Below, one piece after another: positions 54,745 through 63,050 of a DNA stretch of 64,000 bases. The position numbers and the translations under genes were made by a program. Source of the stretch: Syntrophus sp. (in: bacteria) (GTDB lineage: Bacteria > Desulfobacterota > Syntrophia > Syntrophales > UBA8958). Below the pieces are notes generated by a model. That model was not told where the DNA came from, did not search any database, and was given only the letters and a program-made list of their open reading frames with translations. How positions within the stretch are numbered: position 1 is the first letter of the stretch; each line of letters starts with the position of its first letter. The stretch covers positions 38,340 through 102,339 of the forward strand of contig JANXZC010000109.1 of the NCBI GenBank assembly GCA_025355725.1. The letters run 5' to 3'.

Positions 54745-55704
54745 TTAGGCGACGAAAGTCATCTTTGTTCCTGACATGTTCAGGATGAACTTGCCGGGCA
54801 TGGCCTTTTCAAATTCCATGATCGCCTTGCGTCCCGTGCAGTGGCAGGGGATGATATAGTCGGGATTGATCTTTTTCATTTCTTCGACCGTCCGGTCGAT
54901 GATTCCTTCGAAGAGGACGCCGGAAAGATGAAATCCCCCCATGACAGCATGGATCTTGTCTATTCCCGTGATCTCACGGGCGTAATTTACCGTGTTCACG
55001 ATTCCCGCGTGGGCGCACCCCGAGAGAACCACCAGCCCCTTGTCTTTCAGATGCATGACTACCGAGGTATCGTCTTCGATGGGATCCCATTTCTCCTGGC
55101 CGTCCTCCTGATAGTGGGCGATGGGAAAGCCCTTTTCAAAATCCGTCTTATGGGGGATCTCGCCGAGAAAAAGCACCGTATTGTCAAGCAGAAGTAAGGG
55201 GTCCGACGATTCTATAAGCTTCAGACCTGCGGCGGCAATCTGCTCTCTCTCCAAGGGCGAAAATAAGATCTTCAGGTCCCTTACCGGCAGTTTCAGGTAA
55301 CGGGGATGACGAAAGACAGTCGGGTGGACGACAAAGGGGATGTTTCTCTCCCCGATCATCTCCGTCAGCTTCTCAAAGCCGCCGATATGGTCATTGTGAC
55401 CATGAGAAAGGACGACGGCTTCCACCGAGGATAATTCGGCCCCCAATATCCCGGCGTTGTAGGCTGCACCTCCTTCGGAAAAACCGAAATCGAAGAGGAA
55501 CGTCTTCGTTCTGCCGTTACCACCGGTCTTCACGACAGCGGAAAAGCCATGCTCTGCGAGCACAGACTGGCGGAAATATCCCTCCTTCAAAGGAATGGCC
55601 CTGGTCACGACGGCGCTGTTGTCCGTGGCCGTCATCTCAATGTAGTTGTCCTGTAAGGAAAGGATTTCAATTTTGTCAACAGGTTTCAACTTGTCATTTG
55701 CCAT
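54745..55704 (-). CDS. MBL-fold metallo-hydrolase (COG1237 type)
   Basis: VVLSHGHNDHIGG, plus the LSLQDNYIEM... N-terminus typical of COG1237. Start reset to MANDKLKP, after AAAGGAG. Confidence 0.8.
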   Translation of the reverse strand: MANDKLKPVDKIEILSLQDNYIEMTATDNSAVVTRAIPLKEGYFRQSVLAEHGFSAVVKTGGNGRTKTFLFDFGFSEGGAAYNAGILGAELSSVEAVVLSHGHNDHIGGFEKLTEMIGERNIPFVVHPTVFRHPRYLKLPVRDLKILFSPLEREQIAAAGLKLIESSDPLLLLDNTVLFLGEIPHKTDFEKGFPIAHYQEDGQEKWDPIEDDTSVVMHLKDKGLVVLSGCAHAGIVNTVNYAREITGIDKIHAVMGGFHLSGVLFEGIIDRTVEEMKKINPDYIIPCHCTGRKAIMEFEKAMPGKFILNMSGTKMTFVA

Positions 55705-55802
55705 TTCTTGTTCTCCTTTCAAGCGGCTTTGAGGGTATTGGCTGCCAAAAGGGCGCCGTGTTTCGCCTCCGGGGGCATTTCCCCCCCCATATTTCTTCTC
55801 TC

Positions 55803-56831
55803 TCAGGCCGGCTTGTCCTCCGGCAGGGTTTCGCCGATGGCAAGGCGGCAGATGTCGCTGATCATGTAGTTGGCCATCCCCGCCCCCTTTACCTTCTTGC
55901 CCAGGGTCCGGTAGCACATGGGGCAGAGATAGACCATCGCCTCGGCACCGTTGTCTTTGGCGTCCTGAATATTTTTGTCCCGGAAGGGTTCGAAGTTCTT
56001 GCCCCGGGGAAAGAGTTTCAGGTTCGGTCCGGCCAATTCCACGCCGCAGCAGATGGCGTTGATCCCATCGTGCTGGCGGGCGACGCGCTCCACACCGATG
56101 AGGGCGAAGATTTCATTTAAGTAATGATCCTTCTCCGGCGTGTAGCGGGAGGCGCAGGGGCGCTGATAGGCGACCTTCATGCCCAGCTTTTGTATCCGCT
56201 CCGGATGTTCCTTCAGGTAGTCCGCCAGGTATTCGAGAATGGAGACGGGGCGGAAGGGCAGGGTAATGCCTAGTTCCGGGGCCATGCCCTTGAGGAGGGC
56301 ATAGCAGTCGTCATGGACGAAGACGATCTCCTTGGCCCCCGATTTGGCCAGGTTGTCAACCAATCCCTGGAGACGGTCCCGCATGATGGATTCATCACCC
56401 ATGTGGGCGAACAGGACATTGCAGAAATAATGGCGCCCCTTGAGCACCGGCAGTCCCTGGAAGAGACTCCCCTGGATCGCCCAGGGCATGCTGCCATCCA
56501 TGACGCATATGGACATGACCCGGTCCTTGGGTGGTTCTATGGTTTTCGGTTCCCCCTCTGCCTTGAAGCGATCCGCCATCTGGGAGCGCAAGGCCGGATC
56601 GGTGAAATCGCCGGCATCTTCCATCTTATTCAGGATCAGGTCAAAGGGCCGGGCGTCCTTGGGACAGTATTCATTACAGGCGATACAGGTTACACAATCG
56701 TAAATCCAGTCCACCTTTTCCCCCTGGACCAGCTTCCGGAAGGCCTCCCCTCCCGTTTCTTCATTAAAATCGAGATAATGGCACTTCGCTAAACACTTGC
56801 CGCAAAAATCGCACTTCTCCTCGTGAAACAT
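55803..56831 (-). CDS. HdrD/GlpC-like (Fe-S)-binding protein with CCG domains
   Basis: CDFCGKCLAKC and CVTCIACNEYCP ferredoxin motifs. CCG-type motifs AICCGVE and LCPMC. Confidence 0.8.
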   Translation of the reverse strand: MFHEEKCDFCGKCLAKCHYLDFNEETGGEAFRKLVQGEKVDWIYDCVTCIACNEYCPKDARPFDLILNKMEDAGDFTDPALRSQMADRFKAEGEPKTIEPPKDRVMSICVMDGSMPWAIQGSLFQGLPVLKGRHYFCNVLFAHMGDESIMRDRLQGLVDNLAKSGAKEIVFVHDDCYALLKGMAPELGITLPFRPVSILEYLADYLKEHPERIQKLGMKVAYQRPCASRYTPEKDHYLNEIFALIGVERVARQHDGINAICCGVELAGPNLKLFPRGKNFEPFRDKNIQDAKDNGAEAMVYLCPMCYRTLGKKVKGAGMANYMISDICRLAIGETLPEDKPA

Positions 56832-56873
56832 AATCGCCTCCAGTATTTTTTCGTAGAATAAATTGAATCCCCA

Positions 56874-57101
56874 TTACGAACAGCAACTTCCCGGTCTCCC
56901 GCAGGAGTGGGGAGTGCCGCAGCATCCACCGGGAAGAGGCGCCTCACGGCCAGGGGAAGTCGTCAGCGAACTGTGGGCAGACATCAGCTTTTCCAGGTGG
57001 TCCCCCCCACAGTTTTTGCAGGTTATGGGATCACCGTCCCCCAGTACGAGTAATTCACTCACTTCTCCGCAGGTCTTACACCGGTATTCGTAAATCGGCA
57101 T
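56874..57101 (-). CDS. FmdB-family zinc-ribbon protein
   Basis: MPIYEYRCKTCG...CKNCGG, with a Cys-rich tail. Confidence 0.8.
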   Translation of the reverse strand: MPIYEYRCKTCGEVSELLVLGDGDPITCKNCGGDHLEKLMSAHSSLTTSPGREAPLPGGCCGTPHSCGRPGSCCS

Positions 57102-57157
57102 TTTTCTCTATCCTTACGTATTGTATGTATTTTCGTTTTTGTGGTACCCTGTCGCTC

Positions 57158-57532
57158 CTAATGACCGCATCCTCCTTGATGCCCGGCACAGGTATTCTCC
57201 ATGGAAAGCTCGGATAAGCTGTTGGTCATCAATAAATCGAGATTCCCCTTTATTGTACCGGCCATAGGCCCGTAGACCTTGATTCCGGCGGCATTCAGCT
57301 TCATAAGTGCGCCGCCCCCGATACCACCCACAACAACAGCGCCCACATTCTGGCCACCCAAAGCCATAATAGGATTACATGCTCCGTGGGCATGGATCAT
57401 GTCCTTGTTGCTAACAAGTTCTATGCTTTGGTGCTCCGTGTCCACGACCATAAAAGCGGGGGCCGATCCGAAATGGCCGAACACGGCGCTGTCCATACCT
57501 TCATCCTTTTGAACTGCAAAACAAACCTTCAT
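57158..57532 (-). CDS. NifB/NifX-like (dinitrogenase FeMo-cofactor-binding fold) protein
   Basis: MKVCFAV...GHFGSAPAFMVVD...GVGAVVVGGIG pattern, with a GGAGGA SD. Confidence 0.8.
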   Translation of the reverse strand: MKVCFAVQKDEGMDSAVFGHFGSAPAFMVVDTEHQSIELVSNKDMIHAHGACNPIMALGGQNVGAVVVGGIGGGALMKLNAAGIKVYGPMAGTIKGNLDLLMTNSLSELSMENTCAGHQGGCGH

Positions 57533-57830
57533 GCTGCTCCTCCTCTTTTACAGATGCCTGTTCTATCTTGAGAGCCTTGCCATTGACGATGGCGTCAGCC
57601 ACTTTACGCCGAGCATATTTCAGAATCCTGCCAAATGTTGCCCTGGAAATGTTCATCCTCTTCGCGGCATCTTCGTGATACATGCCTTCATAGTCGGCAA
57701 GGCGAATCGCCTCCAACTCGTCTATGTCGAGACCGGTTTCCTCCAGTTGGAAAAGGGGTATCCCCCGGGGTTTAAAATACAATGCGCGAGGGTTGCAATC
57801 GACGAATCTGCCCTTCTTTGGTCTGCTCAT
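57501..57830 (-). CDS. DUF134 (UPF0251) putative DNA-binding protein
   Basis: RPKKGRFV...YFKPRGIP...ELEAIRLADYEGMYHEDAAKRMNISRATFGRIL. Confidence 0.8.
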   Translation of the reverse strand: MSRPKKGRFVDCNPRALYFKPRGIPLFQLEETGLDIDELEAIRLADYEGMYHEDAAKRMNISRATFGRILKYARRKVADAIVNGKALKIEQASVKEEEQHEGLFCSSKG

Positions 57831-57996
57831 AGGCGGTTTATAAGCATATGCTCATAACCATGTCAAGCGGGATTATCCGGAATAGCCAGATATGGTCTCC
57901 TAATGGATGCTATTTGAAAGGAAGCATGTGTGCCAAAATTGCCGAATGCTAAATTTCTAGCAGTCAAGCCAACAAAACGGTACTGAATCTATTTAA

Positions 57997-58314
57997 TCAC
58001 AAGGCATGACAGGCCGCGCATTCCAGTGTCGTCTTTCCCCCCTCCTTATGGGCTTTGTGGATTGCCGTAGAAAATTTACTGGCCTCGGCCCGGGCCGGAT
58101 CGGGGGCGTGACAGGACAGACAGGAATTAGCAGCTGCGGCGCCCACGTCAGGATGAGTTTTCGGCATAATGACCTTATAGTCCTTATGACAAAAACCGCA
58201 GGGTTTTTCCTTCAGCGGTGGTCCTCCCGCGAAAACAGTCATCGAGAAAACCACGGTTAGAATAATAACGCCACTAACAGCAGCAATCAATTTTTGCCAT
58301 GTTTTCATCGTCAT
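57997..58314 (-). CDS. Membrane-anchored tri-haem c-type cytochrome
   Basis: Signal anchor plus three CxxCH motifs: CGFCH, CLSCH and CAACH. Confidence 0.78.
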   Translation of the reverse strand: MTMKTWQKLIAAVSGVIILTVVFSMTVFAGGPPLKEKPCGFCHKDYKVIMPKTHPDVGAAAANSCLSCHAPDPARAEASKFSTAIHKAHKEGGKTTLECAACHAL

Positions 58315-58416
58315 TTATCCTCCTTCGGTATTGTTGTATTAAGTTCTTTCCCCTGTTCCCATTTCTTCATTGTAATGAGTATGGCATCCTCGCCTGATGA
58401 CGGTCTTGCGTCCGGT

Positions 58417-60447
58417 TTATTCCGTCTCTTCTTTCGGGATCATTTCTTCCGGTTTAACCTGTTCGGCGTCAACGGGGACAGCGCCGGGAGGCGTGGTTCC
58501 CTCCAGGAAGCTCTCATAGATAGTCCCGCGGCCGGAAGAGGGGGCCCCCGTTTTCGGATCTACCTTGACAAAGACGATGCCTTCCGGCACGGGGAAGGTC
58601 TCGATCGGCGTCCCGGATAGGGCCTGGGACATAAAATACAACCAGATCGGGGCTGCCGCCCGACCCCCGACTTCCTGATGGCCGAGGGATCTTTCCTGGT
58701 CGAAGCCTACCCATACCCCCGTGATCATGGACGGGGTAAAACCGAGGAACCAGGCGTCCCTTACATCGTTCGTCGTTCCCGTCTTTCCCGCCACCGGCCG
58801 GCCAATGCTTTTGACCCGCCTCCCCGTCCCGCTTTCTACAACGTCCTGCATGATATAGGAAGAGATAAAGGCAATCCGGGAATCGATGACCTGTTCCACT
58901 TTGGGTTGATTCTCTTCGAAGACATGGCCAGTACGATCAACAATCTTAGTGATAAAATAGGGCGTTACCCGCTTACCCTGATTGGCCAGGACGCCGAAGC
59001 CCCGTACCATCTCCAGCAGGGTCACGCCGGAACTGCCCAGGGCCAGGGACAGATTCCGCCCCAGCGGGGAGGTGATCCCCATCACGTTGGCATAGGAGGC
59101 GGCGTAATCGATACCGATATCCTGGAGAACCTTGATAGTTATTATATTCCGGGATTGAACGATGGCGTTTCTCAGGGTCGTAGGGCCGTTGAATTTCCCG
59201 TCGAAGTTCTTCGGCTGCCAGAAGCCGCCGGGTTTGGAGGGATCGGGAAATTGAATCGGGTCGTCGATAAATCGGGTCGAAGGGGTCAGGCCCTTGTCGA
59301 AAGCGGCTGTGTATATAAAGGGTTTGAAAGCTGATCCCGGCTGGCGGCGAGACTGGGTTGCCCGGTTGAACTCGCTTTTGGAAAACTCCCGGCCCCCAAC
59401 CAGGGACTTGACGGCGCCGGTCTTCACATCCATGGCAATAAGAGCACCCTGGACGAGGCCCCGATCGTACCCCTGACGCTCTTCCAGCTCGCTCAATCCC
59501 CGCTCCACGGCGTCACGGGCCGCTTTCTGGGCCTCGATATTCAAGGTCGTGTAGACCTCCAGACCTTCCTTGTACAGGACGTCACTGCCGTATTTCTCGA
59601 CGATATAACGCCGGATGTGCTCAATAAAATAGGGGGCAACCTTTTCCTTGGGTTTGACGGAGCGCAGGGCCAACGAGGTATTCAGGGCCCGTTCCCGGTC
59701 CTGTTTCGTGATATAGCCGTCTTCCTCCATACGCTCGAGAACGTAGGCCTGCCGCTGACGGGCCTTATCGAAATGGGTGAAGGGGGAGTAGGCGCTGGGC
59801 GCTTTGGGAAGCCCCGCCAGGATGGCCGCTTCCGGCAGGCTCAGATACCGGGCGCTTTTCCCAAAATAACCCTGGGCGGCCGCCTCGACACCATAGGTGC
59901 CGTGGCCGAGATAGATATGATTCAGATAGAGATTGAGGATTTCCTCTTTGGTCAGATAATGGTCTATCTTATAAGCCAGGATCGCTTCTTTGACTTTACG
60001 GATATATCTCTTTTCAGGGGACAGGTAGAGGGCCTTCGCCACCTGCTGGGTGATGGTGCTGCCCCCCTGAACGATCCGGCCTGCCTGGATATTCTTGAAA
60101 AAGGCCCGGGAAATGCCCTGGAAATCGAGCCCTTTGTGTTCGAAAAAACGGGAGTCTTCCGCAGCTACAAAGGCCTGGATAACGTATTTGGGAAGATCGG
60201 TGATCTTGATGATCTTCCGGTCTTCCAGGAAAAATTCATCGATCAGCTCATTGTTATCTGCATAAACACGGGTAGCAATGCTCGGCCGGTAGTCCTTGAG
60301 GGTATCGACGCTGGGTAACTCTCCTAAGAAGAAATAGAAGAGATATCCCGTCACGGCCAGGACCAGGGCAACAACCAGCCCGATCAGGACGGCAAGGATG
60401 CTGGCAAATCCCCATTTGCCCAAGAGGCGTTTTCTGCTGCGGGTCAT
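58417..60447 (-). CDS. Class A penicillin-binding protein (PBP1A, glycosyltransferase + transpeptidase)
   Basis: GT51 motifs EDSRFFEHKGLD and GGSTITQQ. Transpeptidase motif SAFKP. Confidence 0.92.
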   Translation of the reverse strand: MTRSRKRLLGKWGFASILAVLIGLVVALVLAVTGYLFYFFLGELPSVDTLKDYRPSIATRVYADNNELIDEFFLEDRKIIKITDLPKYVIQAFVAAEDSRFFEHKGLDFQGISRAFFKNIQAGRIVQGGSTITQQVAKALYLSPEKRYIRKVKEAILAYKIDHYLTKEEILNLYLNHIYLGHGTYGVEAAAQGYFGKSARYLSLPEAAILAGLPKAPSAYSPFTHFDKARQRQAYVLERMEEDGYITKQDRERALNTSLALRSVKPKEKVAPYFIEHIRRYIVEKYGSDVLYKEGLEVYTTLNIEAQKAARDAVERGLSELEERQGYDRGLVQGALIAMDVKTGAVKSLVGGREFSKSEFNRATQSRRQPGSAFKPFIYTAAFDKGLTPSTRFIDDPIQFPDPSKPGGFWQPKNFDGKFNGPTTLRNAIVQSRNIITIKVLQDIGIDYAASYANVMGITSPLGRNLSLALGSSGVTLLEMVRGFGVLANQGKRVTPYFITKIVDRTGHVFEENQPKVEQVIDSRIAFISSYIMQDVVESGTGRRVKSIGRPVAGKTGTTNDVRDAWFLGFTPSMITGVWVGFDQERSLGHQEVGGRAAAPIWLYFMSQALSGTPIETFPVPEGIVFVKVDPKTGAPSSGRGTIYESFLEGTTPPGAVPVDAEQVKPEEMIPKEETE

Positions 60448-60451
60448 AAAG

Positions 60452-61222
60452 CTACGATTCCTCCCCTTCCGCAGCGGCTTCCTTTTTTTTCCTGGCTGTT
60501 TTCTCGACGCGCCTGGCCATGATAATGCTGATCTCGTAGAGAATCATCAGGGGAATCGCCATGAGAATCTGGCTGAAGGCATCCGGGGAAGGGGTAAGTA
60601 CAGCGGCAACAATGAATATAATCAAAATGGCATAGCGTCGATAGCTGGTAAGGATTCGAACGTTAAGTATCCCTGCTTTTGTCAAAAAGAATATAAAGAC
60701 GGGTAGTTCAAATGATAAACCGAAGGCCAGGAGAAACTTCATGGTAAAGGAAAGGTACTCCCGGAAGGAGACCATGGGCTTCAAAAATTCCGATGAAAAG
60801 GAGATAAAAAATTCAAAGGCCGCCGGAAGGACGAAGAAATATCCGAAGGTGACGCCGCCGATGAACAGACTGCTGGAGGCCAGGACAAAGGGAACGACAT
60901 GTTTCTTTTCCGATTTGTAGAGCCCCGGGGAAACGAATTTCCAGATCTGGTAGAGGGTGTAGGGGCTCGTAATCAGCAGGGAGGCGAAGAAGGCGATCTT
61001 CATGTAAATAAAGAACGCCTCAGGCAGGCCGGTAAAGATCATGTGACTTCCCTTCGGAAGAACGGCCACCAGAGGTCTCGCAATGATCTTAAATAACAGG
61101 TCCTTGAAATAATAGCAGGCAAAAAACCCGATGCCGATGCCAGAAATGATGTGGACAAGGCGGGTCCGCAATTCTCGGAGATGGGTAGTTAAAGGTAGTT
61201 TATCGTCTTCTGCTCGGTCCAT
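60452..61222 (-). CDS. tatC: Twin-arginine translocase subunit TatC
   Basis: LTTHLRELRTRL N-terminus and six TM segments. Confidence 0.92.
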   Translation of the reverse strand: MDRAEDDKLPLTTHLRELRTRLVHIISGIGIGFFACYYFKDLLFKIIARPLVAVLPKGSHMIFTGLPEAFFIYMKIAFFASLLITSPYTLYQIWKFVSPGLYKSEKKHVVPFVLASSSLFIGGVTFGYFFVLPAAFEFFISFSSEFLKPMVSFREYLSFTMKFLLAFGLSFELPVFIFFLTKAGILNVRILTSYRRYAILIIFIVAAVLTPSPDAFSQILMAIPLMILYEISIIMARRVEKTARKKKEAAAEGEES

Positions 61223-61247
61223 GAAATAAGTATATTATGATGGATCT

Positions 61248-61520
61248 TCAGGCTTGGGTTTTGGGGGTTGTTTCTTTGTCTTTGTCTTTCTCGTCATCCT
61301 TGCCGTAAAGGAGGGAGTCCTTGAAGTCATTGACCTCTTTCTTGATGTCGTCGGGCTTCAGGGTCTCCTTGATGGACTCCGTAACATCATCCGTTGCCCG
61401 GCGGAATTCCTGGAATCCTTTCCCCAGGGATTTGGCTAAACCAGGGAGTTTATCCGGACCCACGACCAGCAGGGCCACGACGGCAATCACAAGAAGTTCA
61501 GGCAGACCGATACCAAACAT
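61248..61520 (-). CDS. tatA: Twin-arginine translocase TatA/TatB-family protein
   Basis: [26 protein letters not shown]. Confidence 0.88.
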   Translation of the reverse strand: MFGIGLPELLVIAVVALLVVGPDKLPGLAKSLGKGFQEFRRATDDVTESIKETLKPDDIKKEVNDFKDSLLYGKDDEKDKDKETTPKTQA

Positions 61521-61530
61521 AGTGGCGGTA

Positions 61531-61558
61531 TATATAGCGCCTGTGAAGTACTTGTCAA
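61531..61558 (-). promoter_or_regulatory. Sigma70-type promoter candidate abutting the tatA ATG
   Basis: The minus strand has TTGACA, a 16-nt spacer and TATATA. The -10 ends about 10 nt before the ATG, and no SD is visible. Confidence 0.4.
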
Positions 61559-61674
61559 TGGTAAATATTTTTGCACTTCCGGGGGTTTTATGATAGAAGC
61601 GGGACGCTCCCCACAGGTGCAGGGACCGCTTGTACAGGGAGAGAAAACTTACAATACGAACCAGGACTCACCTT

Positions 61675-62730
61675 ATGCCCCTTAGAACGGGAATTGTCCG
61701 CGACGACAGATATTTAAGACATGGCGAAGGGTTTTATCACCCCGAATCCCCCCGGCGCCTGGAAGCCGTTTATGCCATGCTGGATCAGCCGGACATGGAT
61801 GGAAAATATGTTTCCCTCCCCCCCCGCTATGCCACCCCCGAGGAAATCGGTCTCGTCCACAGCCAATCATATATCAGCCTCATCGCCAGTACGGCGGGGA
61901 AGGGCAACTTCTCCCTGGACCCCGACACCCAGACGACGCCTGAGTCTTATGATACGGCAAAGCTCGCTGTAGGCGGCGTGCTAAATGCCATTGACGGCGT
62001 TATGAACGGCGAGGTGGATAACGCCTTTGCCCTGGTCCGCCCTCCGGGGCACCACGCCGGCAAGGATCAGGCGGCGGGCTTCTGTCTGTTCAACAATGTA
62101 GCCATCGGCGCCCGTTACGCCCTATCTAAATATGGCCTCAAGCGCATCCTGATCGTCGACTGGGATCTCCATCACGGCGACGGCACTCAGGGTATTTTTT
62201 ATGGAGACAAAAAGGTCCTTTATTTTTCCACCCACCAGTATCCCGCCTATCCCGGTTCCGGGGTCCTGTCCGAAACCGGTCAGGGCGAGGGGTCGGGATA
62301 CACGATCAATGTCCCCCTGAAGGCCCGCTCCGATGATTCCCTCCACATCAAGGCCTTCCGCAGCATCTTGCAGCCGGTGGCCATGAAGTTCAAACCGGAA
62401 CTGATTCTCCTTTCCGCAGGGTTTGACTCCTATTTTCAGGACCCCCTGGGAGATATGCGGGTCACCGCCAAGGGTTATGTTGGCATGACCAGAGTCCTCA
62501 TGGATATCGCCGCCGCCTGCTGCCAGGGGCGTCTGGTCGCCGTCCTCGAGGGAGGCTATCATGTTGAAGGCCTGACGGAATCGATCAAGGCAATGCTTGG
62601 AGAAATGCGGGGAGATACCCATACCCCGGAAGACTACCTGGACCGAATGGAATACGAGGCTGACCAGGGAAAGGATGTCATAATCAGACGGGTGATGGAT
62701 CAGATAAATCCCTTCTGGCATGTATTTTAG
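61675..62730 (+). CDS. Histone deacetylase-family amidohydrolase (HDAC/AcuC-like)
   Basis: RPPGHHA, DWDLHHGDGTQ and GGY motifs. Start set at MPLRTGIV. Confidence 0.88.
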   Translation: MPLRTGIVRDDRYLRHGEGFYHPESPRRLEAVYAMLDQPDMDGKYVSLPPRYATPEEIGLVHSQSYISLIASTAGKGNFSLDPDTQTTPESYDTAKLAVGGVLNAIDGVMNGEVDNAFALVRPPGHHAGKDQAAGFCLFNNVAIGARYALSKYGLKRILIVDWDLHHGDGTQGIFYGDKKVLYFSTHQYPAYPGSGVLSETGQGEGSGYTINVPLKARSDDSLHIKAFRSILQPVAMKFKPELILLSAGFDSYFQDPLGDMRVTAKGYVGMTRVLMDIAAACCQGRLVAVLEGGYHVEGLTESIKAMLGEMRGDTHTPEDYLDRMEYEADQGKDVIIRRVMDQINPFWHVF

Positions 62731-62749
62731 ATAAAAGGAGAATGCCGCT

Positions 62750-63037
62750 TTGAAGATAACAAGAACGGAAGTAGCCCATGTCGCCCATCTGGCGCGTTTG
62801 ACTTTCCGGGAGGAGGAGATGGACAAATTTACCTCCCAGTTGAACGACATCCTCCTCTATATGGAAAAACTTAATTCCGTGGATACAACGGGAATCGAAC
62901 CCATGACCCATGCGACGGTTCTCCATAACGCCTTCCGGGAGGACATCGTCAAACCGTCTCTGGCCAATGAGCAATCCCTGGCCAACGCCCCGGACCCCAG
63001 GGGGGAATTCTTCCGGGTCCCCAAAGTGATCGAATAA
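62750..63037 (+). CDS. gatC: Asp/Glu-tRNA amidotransferase subunit C
   Basis: VAHVAHLARLTFREEE...FTSQLNDILLYMEKL. TTG start after AAGGAG. Confidence 0.88.
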   Translation: MKITRTEVAHVAHLARLTFREEEMDKFTSQLNDILLYMEKLNSVDTTGIEPMTHATVLHNAFREDIVKPSLANEQSLANAPDPRGEFFRVPKVIE

Positions 63038-63050
63038 TTAAAGAGGTACT

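Noticed and set aside
58678-60318. Plus-strand ORFs 58678..59334 and 59617..60318.
   Set aside because: They lie antisense to the PBP1A gene, which has GT51 and transpeptidase motifs.
61559-61575. A sigma54-like TGGTAAATATTTTTGCA upstream of the HDAC-like gene.
   Set aside because: The GG-to-GC spacing is one nt too long (13 instead of 12). The -24/-12 spacing is essentially invariant.
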